NCBI GenBank assembly: GCA_050084515.1
Contig: CM114271.1
Coordinates: forward strand, 30,256,001-30,320,000
Source of the DNA: Blasia pusilla
Lineage: Eukaryota
Direction of reading: 5' to 3'
DNA: 64,000 nt
Shown: one piece after another, positions 1-12,300 of the stretch
How the letters are laid out: each line of letters opens with the position of its first letter
Numbering within the stretch: position 1 is the stretch's first letter
Translations under genes and position numbers: made by a program
Notes under the pieces: generated by a model
What the model saw: the letters and a program-made list of their open reading frames with translations, nothing else
What the model was told of the DNA's origin: nothing
Databases searched by the model: none

Positions 1-1780
1 GCTCCAATCTTCTTTGATGGAAGCCCACTTTGATGCACTGTTTAGAGCTACTATGTCGGACGGGAATATCCCCGTGGAGGTTCGGGCCTGTATTCGCTCT
101 TGATCCAGAGAGGGGGCAGGCTCGTGGGTGGGGGCTCGTCCCCTCATCCCAGCTTTCCGCATCGCACCACTTACCTACACTACAGCGATGAGGTTCCGAC
201 TTGGCCTGCCCCAACTAACGGTGGTTGGTTCGACACATTGCGAGTGTCGCCGGAGTCTGGATCCACTTGGTGTGCATTTGGCACGGTGTCCAGTTGGGGG
301 TGAGAGGATAGCCACTCACGATGCAGTGCGGGATATTATGTTCTCTATTGCTCGGGAGAGTGGATTCCATGTACAAAGAGAGAGGCACTACTCCATGCGG
401 AATTCCCTTATCCGTGCTGATCTCTACATGACGAGGGAGTTTGAGGTGGTGGTATGACTGATCCTACGCGGGAGGCGGTGCGAGCTCAAGTGGTAGCACA
501 AGGGAGATTGCTACAAGGAGTAGCGGCGGCGGCAGCGGCGGTCAAGAAGACCCACATTTATAGTCGACTTCATGACGGACATCGATTTATCCCCCTGGCC
601 ATTGAGATGTACGGGGCGATGGGGGAGAGGTTTGACTCGTTCCTTACGGATTGCGCCCATCATCTCCAGTTGAGAAATGGGTTGTCCTTAGCCACTGCGA
701 TACTTTATTGTAGGCAACGGGTCTCCATAGCTTTGCAGCGCGCCCAGGAAAATGGGCTTCTGCGGCGGGCTCAGGCGGTTGGAGACGCCAATGCTAGAGG
801 CCCACTTAATAGTAGTCATAGTTTTCTAGGAGTGTCGCCGGAGTCTGGATCCACTGGGTGTGCATTTGGCACGTTGTCCAGTTGGGGGTGAGAGGATAGC
901 CACTCACGATGCAGTGCGGGATATCATGGTCAGTATTGCTCGGGAGAGTGGCTTCCATGTGCAGAGAGAGAGAGGCACTACTCCATGCGGGATTCCCTTA
1001 TTCGTGCTGATCTTTACATGACACGAGAGGCTGAGGTGATGGTGGCGGACGTGGTAGTCACAGATCCTAGGCGGGAGGCAGTGCGAGCCCAAATGGTGGC
1101 CCAAGGGCGAATGCTACAAGGAGCGGCGGCGGCGGCGGCGGTGAAGAAGACACATATCTACAGTCGACTTCACGAGGGACACATCTTCATCCCCCTGGCC
1201 ATAGAGATGTATGGGGCTATGGGGGAGAGGTTCGACTCGTTCCTTACGGACTGCGCCCATCATCTCCACTCGAGAAATGGGTTGTCCTTAGCTACTACGA
1301 TTCTCTATTGTAGGCAGCGGGTGTCCATAGCGTTGCAGCGTGCCCAGGCTAATGGGCTTTTGCGGCGGGCTCAGGCTGTGGGTGACGCCGGCGCTAGAGG
1401 CCCACTTAATAGTAGTCATAGCTCTCTTGTTGTCGCTGATATTGTCTCTGCTGTTGGTGAGTTTCGTCGTTAGGGGGGGAATGCCCCCTTCTTCCTTTTC
1501 TGGTCTTGTTGTGGCCTTCAGGTTTTGACTCTTTGAGTCCCCCTCTTTTGTACTTCCGATGGGTTTTCCATCACACGTTTTTATCGAAGTGCATCTTTGT
1601 TCCTGAGGAGTTTTCTAGGTGTTGTTGATATTGTCTCTGCTGTTGGTGATTTTGGTCGTTAGGGGGAATGCCCCCTTCTTTCTCCTCGAGGCCTGTTCCG
1701 GCCTCTTGAGGTCTATTTTTAGGTCTCCATGCCCCCTCTTTTGTATCATGATGGGTTTCCCATCCTTTTTCTACATATAT
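1..1780 (+). mobile_element. CRE-like (RLE-type) non-LTR retrotransposon, 3' part (outer copy: 1-830 plus 1620-~1780), degenerate, interrupted by a nested copy
   Basis: Reads CECRRSLDPLGVHLARC...THDAVRD...IRADL...TDP...KK..Y...FIPLAIEMYG, i.e. a zinc finger followed by a PD-(D/E)xK-type endonuclease. In-frame stop at 301. The ORF tail resumes after the nested insert (SFLG|VVDIVSAVGDFGR*). Runs off the left window edge; the 3' boundary is approximate. Confidence 0.75.
831..1608 (+). mobile_element. 5'-truncated nested copy of a related CRE-like non-LTR element
   Basis: Repeats the zinc finger/endonuclease region and has its own 3' UTR. Flanked by the direct repeat AGTTTTCTAGG at 820-830 and 1609-1619. 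Confidence 0.8.
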
Positions 1781-4700
1781 ATTTTATTTTTCTCCAAAAT
1801 AGTAGGGGATTCTAAACCGTGTTCGATAAAGCCTTTGAATTAGCGATGGGTGCCTAATTTTATCCGGCTTCCGTGCCGTGGCAAAACGACATACATATGT
1901 GAGGCCATACATGGCAATGTATACATCCATCCTTGTCATTTTGTTATCGGAGGTGCCATTGTGAGCTCTGTCCCCACACGACAGAGCTCCGTCTTCCTCT
2001 CCCTCGATCGCTTCTTGCCGCACCATCTGGATCATGTGTATGCGTCGGAATTCGAACGCAGGTCCGGACCTCTCGCGACGCGCGCGCGTCTTAGGTTTGG
2101 AGGAAGGACGAACCAAGGTCCGAACCTGCGAGGAGGAGATTCGTGTCAGTCTTGCCTAGCGCCGGGGACACAGGCGATGGCAGCGCGTTGACACGGAGCA
2201 CTATCTTGTGATTTACGTGAAGAGAATCTGAGAATCGCGGCGCTTGCGCCTGTGGATGGAGAGAGTCGACGCGCGGTCCAACTCGTTTCCATGTGCCAGT
2301 CAGGTACGCTGCAGACGCGGATTCGAACACGAAACAAACTTCGGGGAAGAATCAGGATTCCACGCGCCGCTGGAGTGGGAAATCGGAAAGGCGTGGTGAA
2401 AGCATGATCTTAAAGTTTGAGCACGTATCTTGTGATTGAGATTTTGCATTCGCTTCGCAATGCACCTGGAGCGCACTTTTCGTCTGGCCCACCGCCTTTG
2501 GGTTTGTCCCTTTATCGATTTGATCCAGTCGCAAGAAACCTCTGTCAACTTGCATAGCTCGATCCGATCTTTTTAATCTCATATTTTCGCACATGCAGTT
2601 CGCTCTAAGGTGGCTATTGGACAGGGAACGATTCTACTCCCGGTGACATGAAGGTTTGAAATCGACGCGTCTCTTTTGCTGGAATGTGGCGGCCGATAGC
2701 CCGGCCGGGAGACCGAGCCAGGACATTCCTATTTGCGTACCACAGATTGCGGCATGCCTACCCGAAGATGCACGAACCGACAGTGAAAGCGTAATATGGT
2801 ATCTCAATCCGCACGATGAATTCAAGTCTACCGCATGTATAAGTTTTGAACCATCCACACTCTCGTCACGATGCCATATGGATACTGGACGTCCTTCACT
2901 CTTCGACATCAAGATATGAATAGTTTGTTTGCATTCCTAGCACTGCAACCTGGACTCACGTAAGCCCCGGCATCCTTTTGTTTCCTCGAACAGTACTTCG
3001 ATAAAATAAGCTCTAATTTAGGCGGCGTGACGTTTATCAGAGCGTCACCTTCGAGATCCAACAATCACAGAGTCATCTGTCACCTTCAAAAATTGGTAGA
3101 AGAGCCACTCCTAAACACTATTTGGTGAACTCCAAGTTGCTAGTGTTGGGTGGAAATTTTCGTATTTTGAGCATCCCACACACCATAACATCCACCTCAA
3201 GATTCTAGCAACGAGAAATTTTATTTGCCTTGAATCTAATTCTTCCTAACTAGTCTCAAAATTTCTAGCATAATTCAGCAATGGCGACTTGGTAAGAAAG
3301 AGACCATCTACGGAGAAGATGCAAGATGCTTCAACGGTCAGTCTCGGGTGGGACCTATTGACGAGCGATTCTTTGAAGATCCTGTTTAGGGGACCGATTG
3401 AGTCCAGTTTAACGTGCACGAATCACCATGCGGAACATTCTTCAGTTCACGATGTTAGGGTAAGGATGGTCTTTTCGTTTGAGACGGAAGGATGGATTCA
3501 GTGAAAGGCGAGACCACGTTTAGGGAGAAGACGGTCGTTCTTGTGAAAATTACTAATGTAAGCATCTGCCTGCCCATTGAATTGACCACCATGGCGCGAG
3601 GTACGATTCACACGTAGGGCGGACGCAAAAGTGTGTGCAGCTGCGGTACTAGTAGCGCTACCTTTTTGCGCGCGGATGTGATTACAAATGCGATAAGGAT
3701 GTGGAGCGAGCGGGTCCGTGATAAGTGGTCTCAAGTGCGCGAAGAATTGTGTCCTCCAGAACCCAGATCGAGGTGAGCGCAGGGGAGGCACCAGAGAATG
3801 TCACCGAGAATTTCGACGGCAAGTAGGTGGAGTAAGTATGCCCGTCTGTAATGAATGCGCATCCTCTCGATGCTGTACGTAGAGGTAGACCTGTAGACCG
3901 TACGAGTTGTTATTTAAACAGTCGTGTTATGTGGTTCAAGTCACTGCGGTTACTGCGGTAGGAAGTCTGTCCAATTGGGTGAGTCGACACGGGGCAGGGC
4001 ACGTGAATTGACATTGGGTGTAACAATAAGTCTGTGTTGTTGTGTTGACCTGTGCACCGTAAGATCAGTTTAGAACTTCATATTCCAACAGTGATATGCA
4101 CTTTTGCCGTTGGCTTCAGGGTTGGGAATGGGAGGTCGAGCAGCATAATACATCAATCCGTATAATAATACGTCGATGGTGCTCATGGAGATCATGGATG
4201 TGGATCTGTAGACCGTATGACTTAGGCATAGCGCTTTTGCGACTTGCTCCAGGAGCTGGGAAGTCGGGGTTTGATCCGATCTCGTCGGATCAAAATATTC
4301 ATCGGCTTCATTTTAATGGCTCCAACGGAAGATGCCTGATGAATCCGTCACGGGTGGAGTTGGATTCCTGAGAATCCTAACCGGGTAGTCACGTAGGACT
4401 AGTACTTAGGGTGGATAAGCGTTGACTTCCATAAAAGCCTACCTAAGTCGTAGTCGGAACAGGGGGAGTGGGAAATCCGCTGGAATGAAGAAGAGAATCT
4501 CTACTTTTCGATCCATCAAGATAGCTGGTACATCGACGCAGCATGTTAGGATAGATGGATCGATGCGCAGATTAGACATGTGTTCCATACTACCGCCTTC
4601 AGCACCCCGACGCGTGTGTTTAGGGCGAGGGCGATGTCAGCGAGGCGAGGAAACTGAGCGCTTGGGATTGATTGCGCATATCGATCTGAGAGTGAACTGC

Positions 4701-5936
4701 GAAGGCTAGACTGCGCGCTCGGTCAGGACTGGAGGATCCGTTCAGGTGAGGGAGAGGTCGATACGTAGTTTGTCGGGAATCAACCTTCACCAGGAGGTTC
4801 CATGCAATCGCCTGACTGAAGAAAGAACGATGCATTTGCCTCCGGGTGGACGTGGCAAAAAGAGACGAATTCTATTTTTCCCAAGAGAACTCGTGGTGTG
4901 GCCTTTATAATTAGTCTACTGCTAAAGTCCGATCTGTTGACAGATAAATGCGTGACTGCGTCGGGCATGGCCCGGGCTACGTTCCAGGATTCATGGAATC
5001 GTACCAATATCCTTTACATACTTTTTATCTCTCAAGACCACGCGCCTCTGTTACCTGGTGGTGATCGATATGCATCGCGTACATACTTACCTCTGGTTCC
5101 ATGCATTCGAGAAGATAATTTACAAAAAATCTTCGTATTGGAAGAAAATTCTCTCACTTGCACGAACGCACCCTAGGTCGCGAGAGAAGTTGCTATTAAT
5201 TGGCGATGCACGTTGTGAATTTGAATCAGTAGATGTGTTCATGGCATGATCGATCCCTCGCACCCTGCAATATTGAGGATATTAACCTTGAATTTGATCG
5301 GAAATGACATACGTGACGACGATCTAATGGCCACCATTGGATGAGTAGATTTCAGTTTCTGCCGTCCAAACAGTGGAAAACACATACTGCATTTATCGCG
5401 TTGAATAGAGCGCAGCTGGTCCTGCCATGCCAATCATGCGATCGATCCCATCCCGTCTACTAACCTCACATCGACCGAACTGTCGTGTTCCGAAGCGTAA
5501 ACTCGTGAAGATATTATCATATCCACACTCAGCGTAGGGTTTAAGAAACGCCATAATGAACAACATGTTGGTGAATGAGTCCCTTTCCAGCCTGCACATG
5601 TCTTGGCAGCGCTCTCGAGAGACATTCATACCATATTCCTCCGGGATTTTTGTTTTCGTGTGGAAGATTGGCACTGACTGACTGTCGCAAGGACGTGAGC
5701 ATTGCGTAGGGTCGCCCGAGCCTACTTAGCCACTGCAGCAACATAATTGGCAGCCCCTCCGAAAACTCGGGACAAGCTGACTCCCTTCCGCTGACTCCCG
5801 GTCGAAAATTCCCGGCGGTGGGTCGCGCTTGCTGGCCGTCTTCTCTACTCCGATCCGACCTCGTTATCATGAATGCTCGTGCTTTTCTTAACTGGCTGCA
5901 CTATGGCACGTTCTCGGTTAACTTCTCTTATGTTAC

Positions 5937-7804
5937 GGTCAGGGACTCGTCAGGGTGACCCTCTGGGTGGCGCGTTGTTTGCTGTGGCTCATTACCGAGC
6001 GGTTCTTTTTACGGTGGAGGCTTTCCCGGGTTGCATGTTCCCTTCGCTGGCAGATGATACTCATATTGTTGGTCCTGGAGATCTGGTTGTCCCTGCATTC
6101 GAGCACTTTTCAGCACAGTTGGCACGTGTCGGCCTGGCGGTGAAGGTGGGGAAGTGCAAGGCTTGGTCTCCATTAGGCCTACGTGATGATCTACATTTAC
6201 CCGACGGCTTCTTGCGACCTGTCGGAGGGCTTCGAGTCTTGGGAGTACCGCTCGGGAGCCAGGACTTTGTATCGACTTTCGTGGCAGCGGCTCTTACCGA
6301 GGATCTTCTCCACGTTGATGATCTTACGAGGATTGGTGACCCTCAAGTCGCCTTCGGCATTCTCTCTTCTTGTTTTGCTCGTAGACCTGGTTACCTCACT
6401 AGAACTGCCTCGGACATCTAGTCACCTTTCTTCCCTATAGATCCTTTGATAGGAAGCTCATGCAGGTGTTTGGGGATCTTCTAGGACCCGGCTCTTAGAG
6501 TGCCCCATGGGGAGTTAGCTCGAGACAGGCCTCTTGGCCGATTTCTTTTGGTGGAGTAGGTCTTCTCTCGACCGAGTTAGTGGCGCCTCCGCTTTTTTTA
6601 GGGAGTTGGGCCATAGTGGCACCCCTCCTTTGCTCCCGATTTTTGGTTAGAGATAGACCGCTCCTTCTACACTACGTCTCCCAGGTCGAGGATGGCTCTT
6701 TCCCACTTCAGTCTTCACTCACAGCTTGTAGAGATTCCCTTCGAGTTGAGGCCAGAGCCGTTCTCCCCACTTTCTCCTCCTTAGTTACCTCCGGTCAGTC
6801 TGGGCTCCAATCTTCCTTGATGGAAGCCCACTTTGAGGCAGTTTTTAGAGGCACTATGTCGACGGGAATATCCCCATGGAGGTTAGGGCCCGATTCGCTC
6901 TTGCTCGGAAAGGGGGCAGGCTCATGGGTAGGGGCGCCCCTTCTCCAGCTTTCCATATCGCACCACTTACCTATATACCAGCGATGCGGTTCCGCTTTGG
7001 GCCTCCCCAACCATCGGTGGTTGGTTTGACACATGCGAGTGTCGCCGAGCCTGGATCCACTTGGTGTGCATTTGGCATTTGTCCGATTGGGGTGAGAGGA
7101 TAGCCACTCACGATGCAAAGGTCGGGATATCATGTTCAGTATTGCTCGGGAGAGTGGCTTCCATGTGCAGAGAGAGAGGCACTACTCCATGCGGGATTCC
7201 CTCATTCGTGCCGATCTCTACATGACACGTGAGGCTGAGGTGGTTGTGGCGGACGTGGTAGTCACAGATCCCACGGGAGGCAAGCGAGCCCAAGTGGTGG
7301 CCCAGGCGAATGCTACAAGGAGCGGCGGCGGCGGCGGCGGCGGCGAAGAAGACACATATCTGATCGACTACACGAGGACACATCTTCATCCCCCGGCCAT
7401 AGAGATGTATGGGGCTATGGGGGAGAGGTTCGACTCGTTCCTTACGGATGCGCCCATCATCTCCACTCGAGAAATGGGTTGTCCTTAGCTCTGCGATTCA
7501 GTAGACAGGCGGCGGGTCTCCATAGCGTTGTTGCGTGCCCAGGCTAATGGGATTTTGCGGCGGGCTCAGGTCATGGGAGACGCCGGCGCTAGAGGCCCAC
7601 TTAGTAGTAGTCATAGCTCTCTTGTTGTTGCTGATATTGTCTCTGCTGTTGGTGAGTTTCGTCGTTAGGGGGGGGAATGCCCCCTTCTTCCTTTTCTGGT
7701 CGTGTTGTGGCATTCAGGTTTTGACTCTTTGAGTCCCCCTCTTTTGTACTTCCGATGGGTTTTCCATCACTCGTTTTTATCGAAGTGCATCTTTGTTTCC
7801 TTTC
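5937..7804 (+). mobile_element. 5'-truncated CRE-like non-LTR retrotransposon (partial RT, zinc finger and RLE), frameshifted
   Basis: RT motifs GTRQGDPLGG, ADD (SLADDTHIVG) and RVLGVP in ORF 5873-6421. The downstream part closely matches 1-1600, including the 3' UTR ending ...ATCGAAGTGCATCTTTGTT. Candidate TSD TATGTTAC at 5929-5936 and 7805-7812. Confidence 0.8.
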
Positions 7805-9395
7805 TATGTTACTACGTCGGAACTTCCTGTCTGTTATTTCGTCGCTGGAAGTTTTCCGCGGGTACTTTTTACAGCGGAAGTCTCCATGTTCAATTTTCGC
7901 CGTCGGCGCTTGTCGCCACTTTCAAACTAACGAGTTTCATGAAAAGGAACTCCTTTGGATTTCGAATCTTTTATCAATATTTAATAAATATTCAAATCCC
8001 TGTCCCCGATAAGTTTTTGGGTCTTTGCAATAGTCTTCACTCCTTTTAAGAGAAAATAATAAATTTTCAATGAATATCACCTCATTATTCATTACAAATC
8101 ATTCTCGTTCCGAAGGAATATCAAATATTTTTTACGATTAATTATTATTTTTAAAAATTCACACTTTTATTCTCCTCCCAGCCCAATTTATTTCAAAGGA
8201 CAATGCAAAATCCAAATAATAAATGTCTTGTTATCTTGTTTTATTGTGCGTTGCAGCTATCCGGTTCGCGACGGCAAGCCTCGCGAACCGGATATCGGAC
8301 TTTCGTTCACTTTTCCAATCCACTCATTTCCATCGATTGCTTCTGCGTGTTCCCCTTTTTCTTTTCCAAAGGGTGTGGTTTTCGTGTTCCGACTTTTAGA
8401 GTCTCCTTGTACTTGAAGGGTTTCCATCTTTTATTCATTCTAACTCTATCAGAAAAATGAAATGAGTTTAAAATAGAGTCAAAATCGAGTTAAAGTAGAA
8501 TTTAAAGTCCGATGGATGTCGAGAAAAGCATTAGAAAATTTTGGAAGTCGTAGGGAAATAACAACCAAAACGAAAAGGAGGAGGTTGTGGGCGGACTTTC
8601 TTTATGGGGGTTGAAGTCGCACAGAGGAACGGGTAGTGCACTGCTCTCCTTCAGGAGTATAGAAGGCGGGAATTCGCACGCATGATTAGCTACCTCCAGC
8701 CTCTGTACCTCCTACAGCGATGGGCGTAGATTGGGGACGACTTCATCTATACCGATCGCATCTGCTGCCTTCCGTCTGCCTGGCTATGACGTGGAGGCTG
8801 GAGCAGCACTTCCGCCGGGCTGCGAAGAAATTAGGCTCAGCTAATAAATCACGTTTAAAAAACGAACGGCGGTAGCCGATCGATCGGTGGATTGACACCA
8901 CCCGGCTGCAGCCCCCGCTGGAGTATTCGCTCTCGACCACGGTGATTTCCACGAAGATGGCAGGGCTCTGCCTGCCTCAGCTGAACTCGTTCATCGTCGT
9001 GGATATTCCGCACATGGTCGAAGAATACGCGCGAATTGCGATACACCACCAGATTCCGCTCCTAGCCGCCTGCCCGCCTGCCCACGATGCGGGCAGGCGC
9101 TCCCGGTTCGAAGAGAAGACCGATTTGAAAATTCCTTGCGTGACTACCGAAATGCCAGCATTCTTCTAACGCACCTGGATCCCCCGCCTTGCGTAAGCAT
9201 CTATCCTGGCAATATAAGAGGAAGCAGAGCTCGAGTCAAATCTCACTGACAGACAGATTATTTCCCAGAGATCATCATGTTTCGTAGTCTTGGAGATCGA
9301 GTATCGGTACCGACTAACTGAGAGGTACAGAGAGATACGATATTCTTCAGTCTATGTACGCAGGGTTTTAGTGAAGGTCGTTGTGTGAAGTATCC

Positions 9396-12300
9396 ATGGA
9401 TCCGAAGCAAGAGCAGCCATCCGTGGCGGAGGATGTATACGGAGGCGAATTGGAACCTCGGCGGACGGAGCAGGGTGTGGCGGCGCGCCTCGGGAGTAGC
9501 AAACGCCTTTTGAAGCGTGTGGACTCCTTAGCTCGAGACGCTACGCGCCTCAAATCAATGGAAGACCACAACTATGGGGTACGCTTGCATGCTTTAATCC
9601 TTCAAATTCAATTCAGCTCACTATTTCTCATTTTGGAGTATCGTTGGCCCTCAAGACCTTGGTGAAAATTAAGACCATTCTCGCGAAATTTTCAAATTTC
9701 CGAGTTCAGAGTGGTCGATGACTCGATCATTCCTCAGACTTCATCATTTCAACTTGGTATCGAATCCTTACGTTCTTTTCTCGTTAGTTCCTCGTCTAGA
9801 ATTTCAAATGGCCAATTCCTCTCGAATAAACGTGTTTTCTTCCTCAGAGTTATATTTCGCTAGTTCGCTGTACCATAGTCCGATCCACAAGCGATTCTTG
9901 GAAACCCTGAGCGGTATTGTTGACGCCGAGCTTCCCAAGAATGCACCACTTGAATTGGTCGATAGCCCGGCCTCTTGATAACCTGATTTGCAATTCCAGT
10001 CAAATTAGGCAGTCGACGCGGCTTGAACCTGTAGGCACTTGAAATTATGTTCATTGGACTGTCCATCAGCTTCATCTCGTGGCACACGCAGTCTCCACCT
10101 CTGATTGAGGTAGCTAGTGCTAGCTCGATCAGATATGTCTTCAAAAGGACATCTTCAGTTGTCAAGATTCTTGACCGGATGAGAATTGGTGTTTAGATCG
10201 ATGCGCGCACACATTTACGGCTGTTGGAAGACCTCTCCCTTCCTAACTGTTTTTCGTAGGAGTTGGAAGTCCTCTTCCGTATCCATTTAGCGTACTACTT
10301 TGACAGACAATTCCAAGATTTCAAAATGAGACCGATTTAGGCGCTGACATACGCATCCCATAGTGCCAATTGAAAGGACAACGTTCGTATTTCTCTTTGA
10401 TTGATCTCACAACATCATTTTTCCCCTAGAGCCATAGGTTTCAGGATGTGCATGATGTTTTGCAATTGTACCAGCGATTAGTGCATCGTATAGTGTTAAC
10501 TAAGTCTCGTGAGTGATGTGTGCAGAATGAGAACCTATCTCTGTCAGTCACGCTTCGACTTGCATTTCAGACCATAGGAGTGGTGTTTGGAGACCTGGGA
10601 ACGTCTCCATTGTATGTGTATGACAGCACTCTCACCTCAAGCTCATTTCCGAACGGCCAGACAGAGCGGGACGTTCTGGGCGTTCTGTCACTAATTTTCT
10701 ACACCTTCACTCTCATTCCTCTCCTGAAGTATGTGTTCATCGTCTTGAAGGCGAACGACCAAGGAAACGGTATGTACGACATGCGCTCGAGACCTAGGTA
10801 TATTTTATGCATGGATGGGACGATCAATCAATCACTTTCAATCATTTTTTCGTCAGCACGCAGTGCGTACGTCTGGTCTTTCCAACATATACCATAAATT
10901 TCTGGTGGAGACTACAACGAGAAATTATGTTAAATGGAGGAGAAATCGAAATTTCTACCTCCGATCGGGATCGGTCAGCAGATTATTTATTCGAAATTCT
11001 GAAGCGTGGCCTGATTGCTTTGATGATCTCGACACAGGTGGGACATTCGCTCTCTACTCTCTGATCTGTAGGCATTCACGTATCACAGTGTCAACAAACC
11101 AGATACCTGAAGATCAGGATGTGTCCGCATATAGGCTTGATACCCCAGACGTCGATGGGAACTGGGAGCGCGCCGAACGGATTAAGGAGAAGCTTCGAAA
11201 GAGCAAGTTCTGGCAGCAAATATTGCTGTGCACTGCTCTTCTGGGGACATGCGCTGTTATCGGTGATGGAGTGCTCACGCCTTCCATCTCAGGTACCGAA
11301 GGGCTAATGTGGCAGTCCTTTCGCCAATAATCCACTACTAGCATGCTAATCCTCCATTTACATGCCTTCGTTCCCTGCTCAAGCAGTAGCTACCGATTGC
11401 AGATGCATGTGCGTCAGTAGCTACATCAGCCCATTCCATACCGACCTCAGGTGTCCGGATAGCAAATAACACAGCTGTCTCCAATGGCGTTGGCTCACTA
11501 TGTGACACATTTCATCGTGAAGTTCGTATCACGATGACCCTAAACCCTAAACTTTGGTGGACTGGTGATCGTGCAGTTTTATCGGCAATTTCTGGCATCC
11601 AACTTCAGTCTCCGGGCCTAAAGCAGGGTACGTCAGATCGTTTTATCTCATCATCAAGCTGATCTAGAACAGTTTAGTGGGCTTGAAGGCGGAGGTTTTT
11701 GTTTTTTTCTGTCTCGTGTCCAGAAGTTATCTGGAATGGGCCACAAAAGCATTTGCGCTGCTTAGTACTAGCATGTTGAAGCTACCCCGAACGCGTTGAG
11801 TGGTCATTTACATGATCTAGCTGAAAAGTGTTCATTCGCTGCAAAGGCAAGAATGGTGAGACGTTTAATTTATGATCGTGCATTCGAGCCATGAGTTGGT
11901 CGTGGAGCGTTGAACGTTGCGGATTCAGAGAGTGTCGAGTGACATCGTTAGCAGTAAGTGTGGGGTGGCATTTCACCGGCTAATTTGGTACCCACTGCGC
12001 TATTTGAACATTGTGCGACTTCAGAGGTGGTGACGGGAATTTCTTGTGCCATATTGGTGGTCTTATTCTGCGTCCAACGATTTGGAACGGACAAGGTTGC
12101 GTTCATGTTCTCGCCATGTGTGTTGGTCTGGTTCATCTGTATCTTCATCATTGGCTTGTACAACATTCATTACCATCCAAGTGTCTTTAAAGCCATCAAT
12201 CCGTGGTATATTTTGGACTACTTCAAAAGAAACAAGAAGAACGGATGGATTTCCATGGGAGGAGTCGTTCTTGCCATCACAGGTATGTGCACCGTCCCCA

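Noticed and set aside
1800-5900. Many short ORFs between the CRE-like copies
   Set aside because: No recognisable domains or consistent splice pattern.
11538-11551. CCCTAAACCCTAAA (two plant telomere units, telo-box-like) in a HAK intron
   Set aside because: Too short to distinguish from chance or a common motif.
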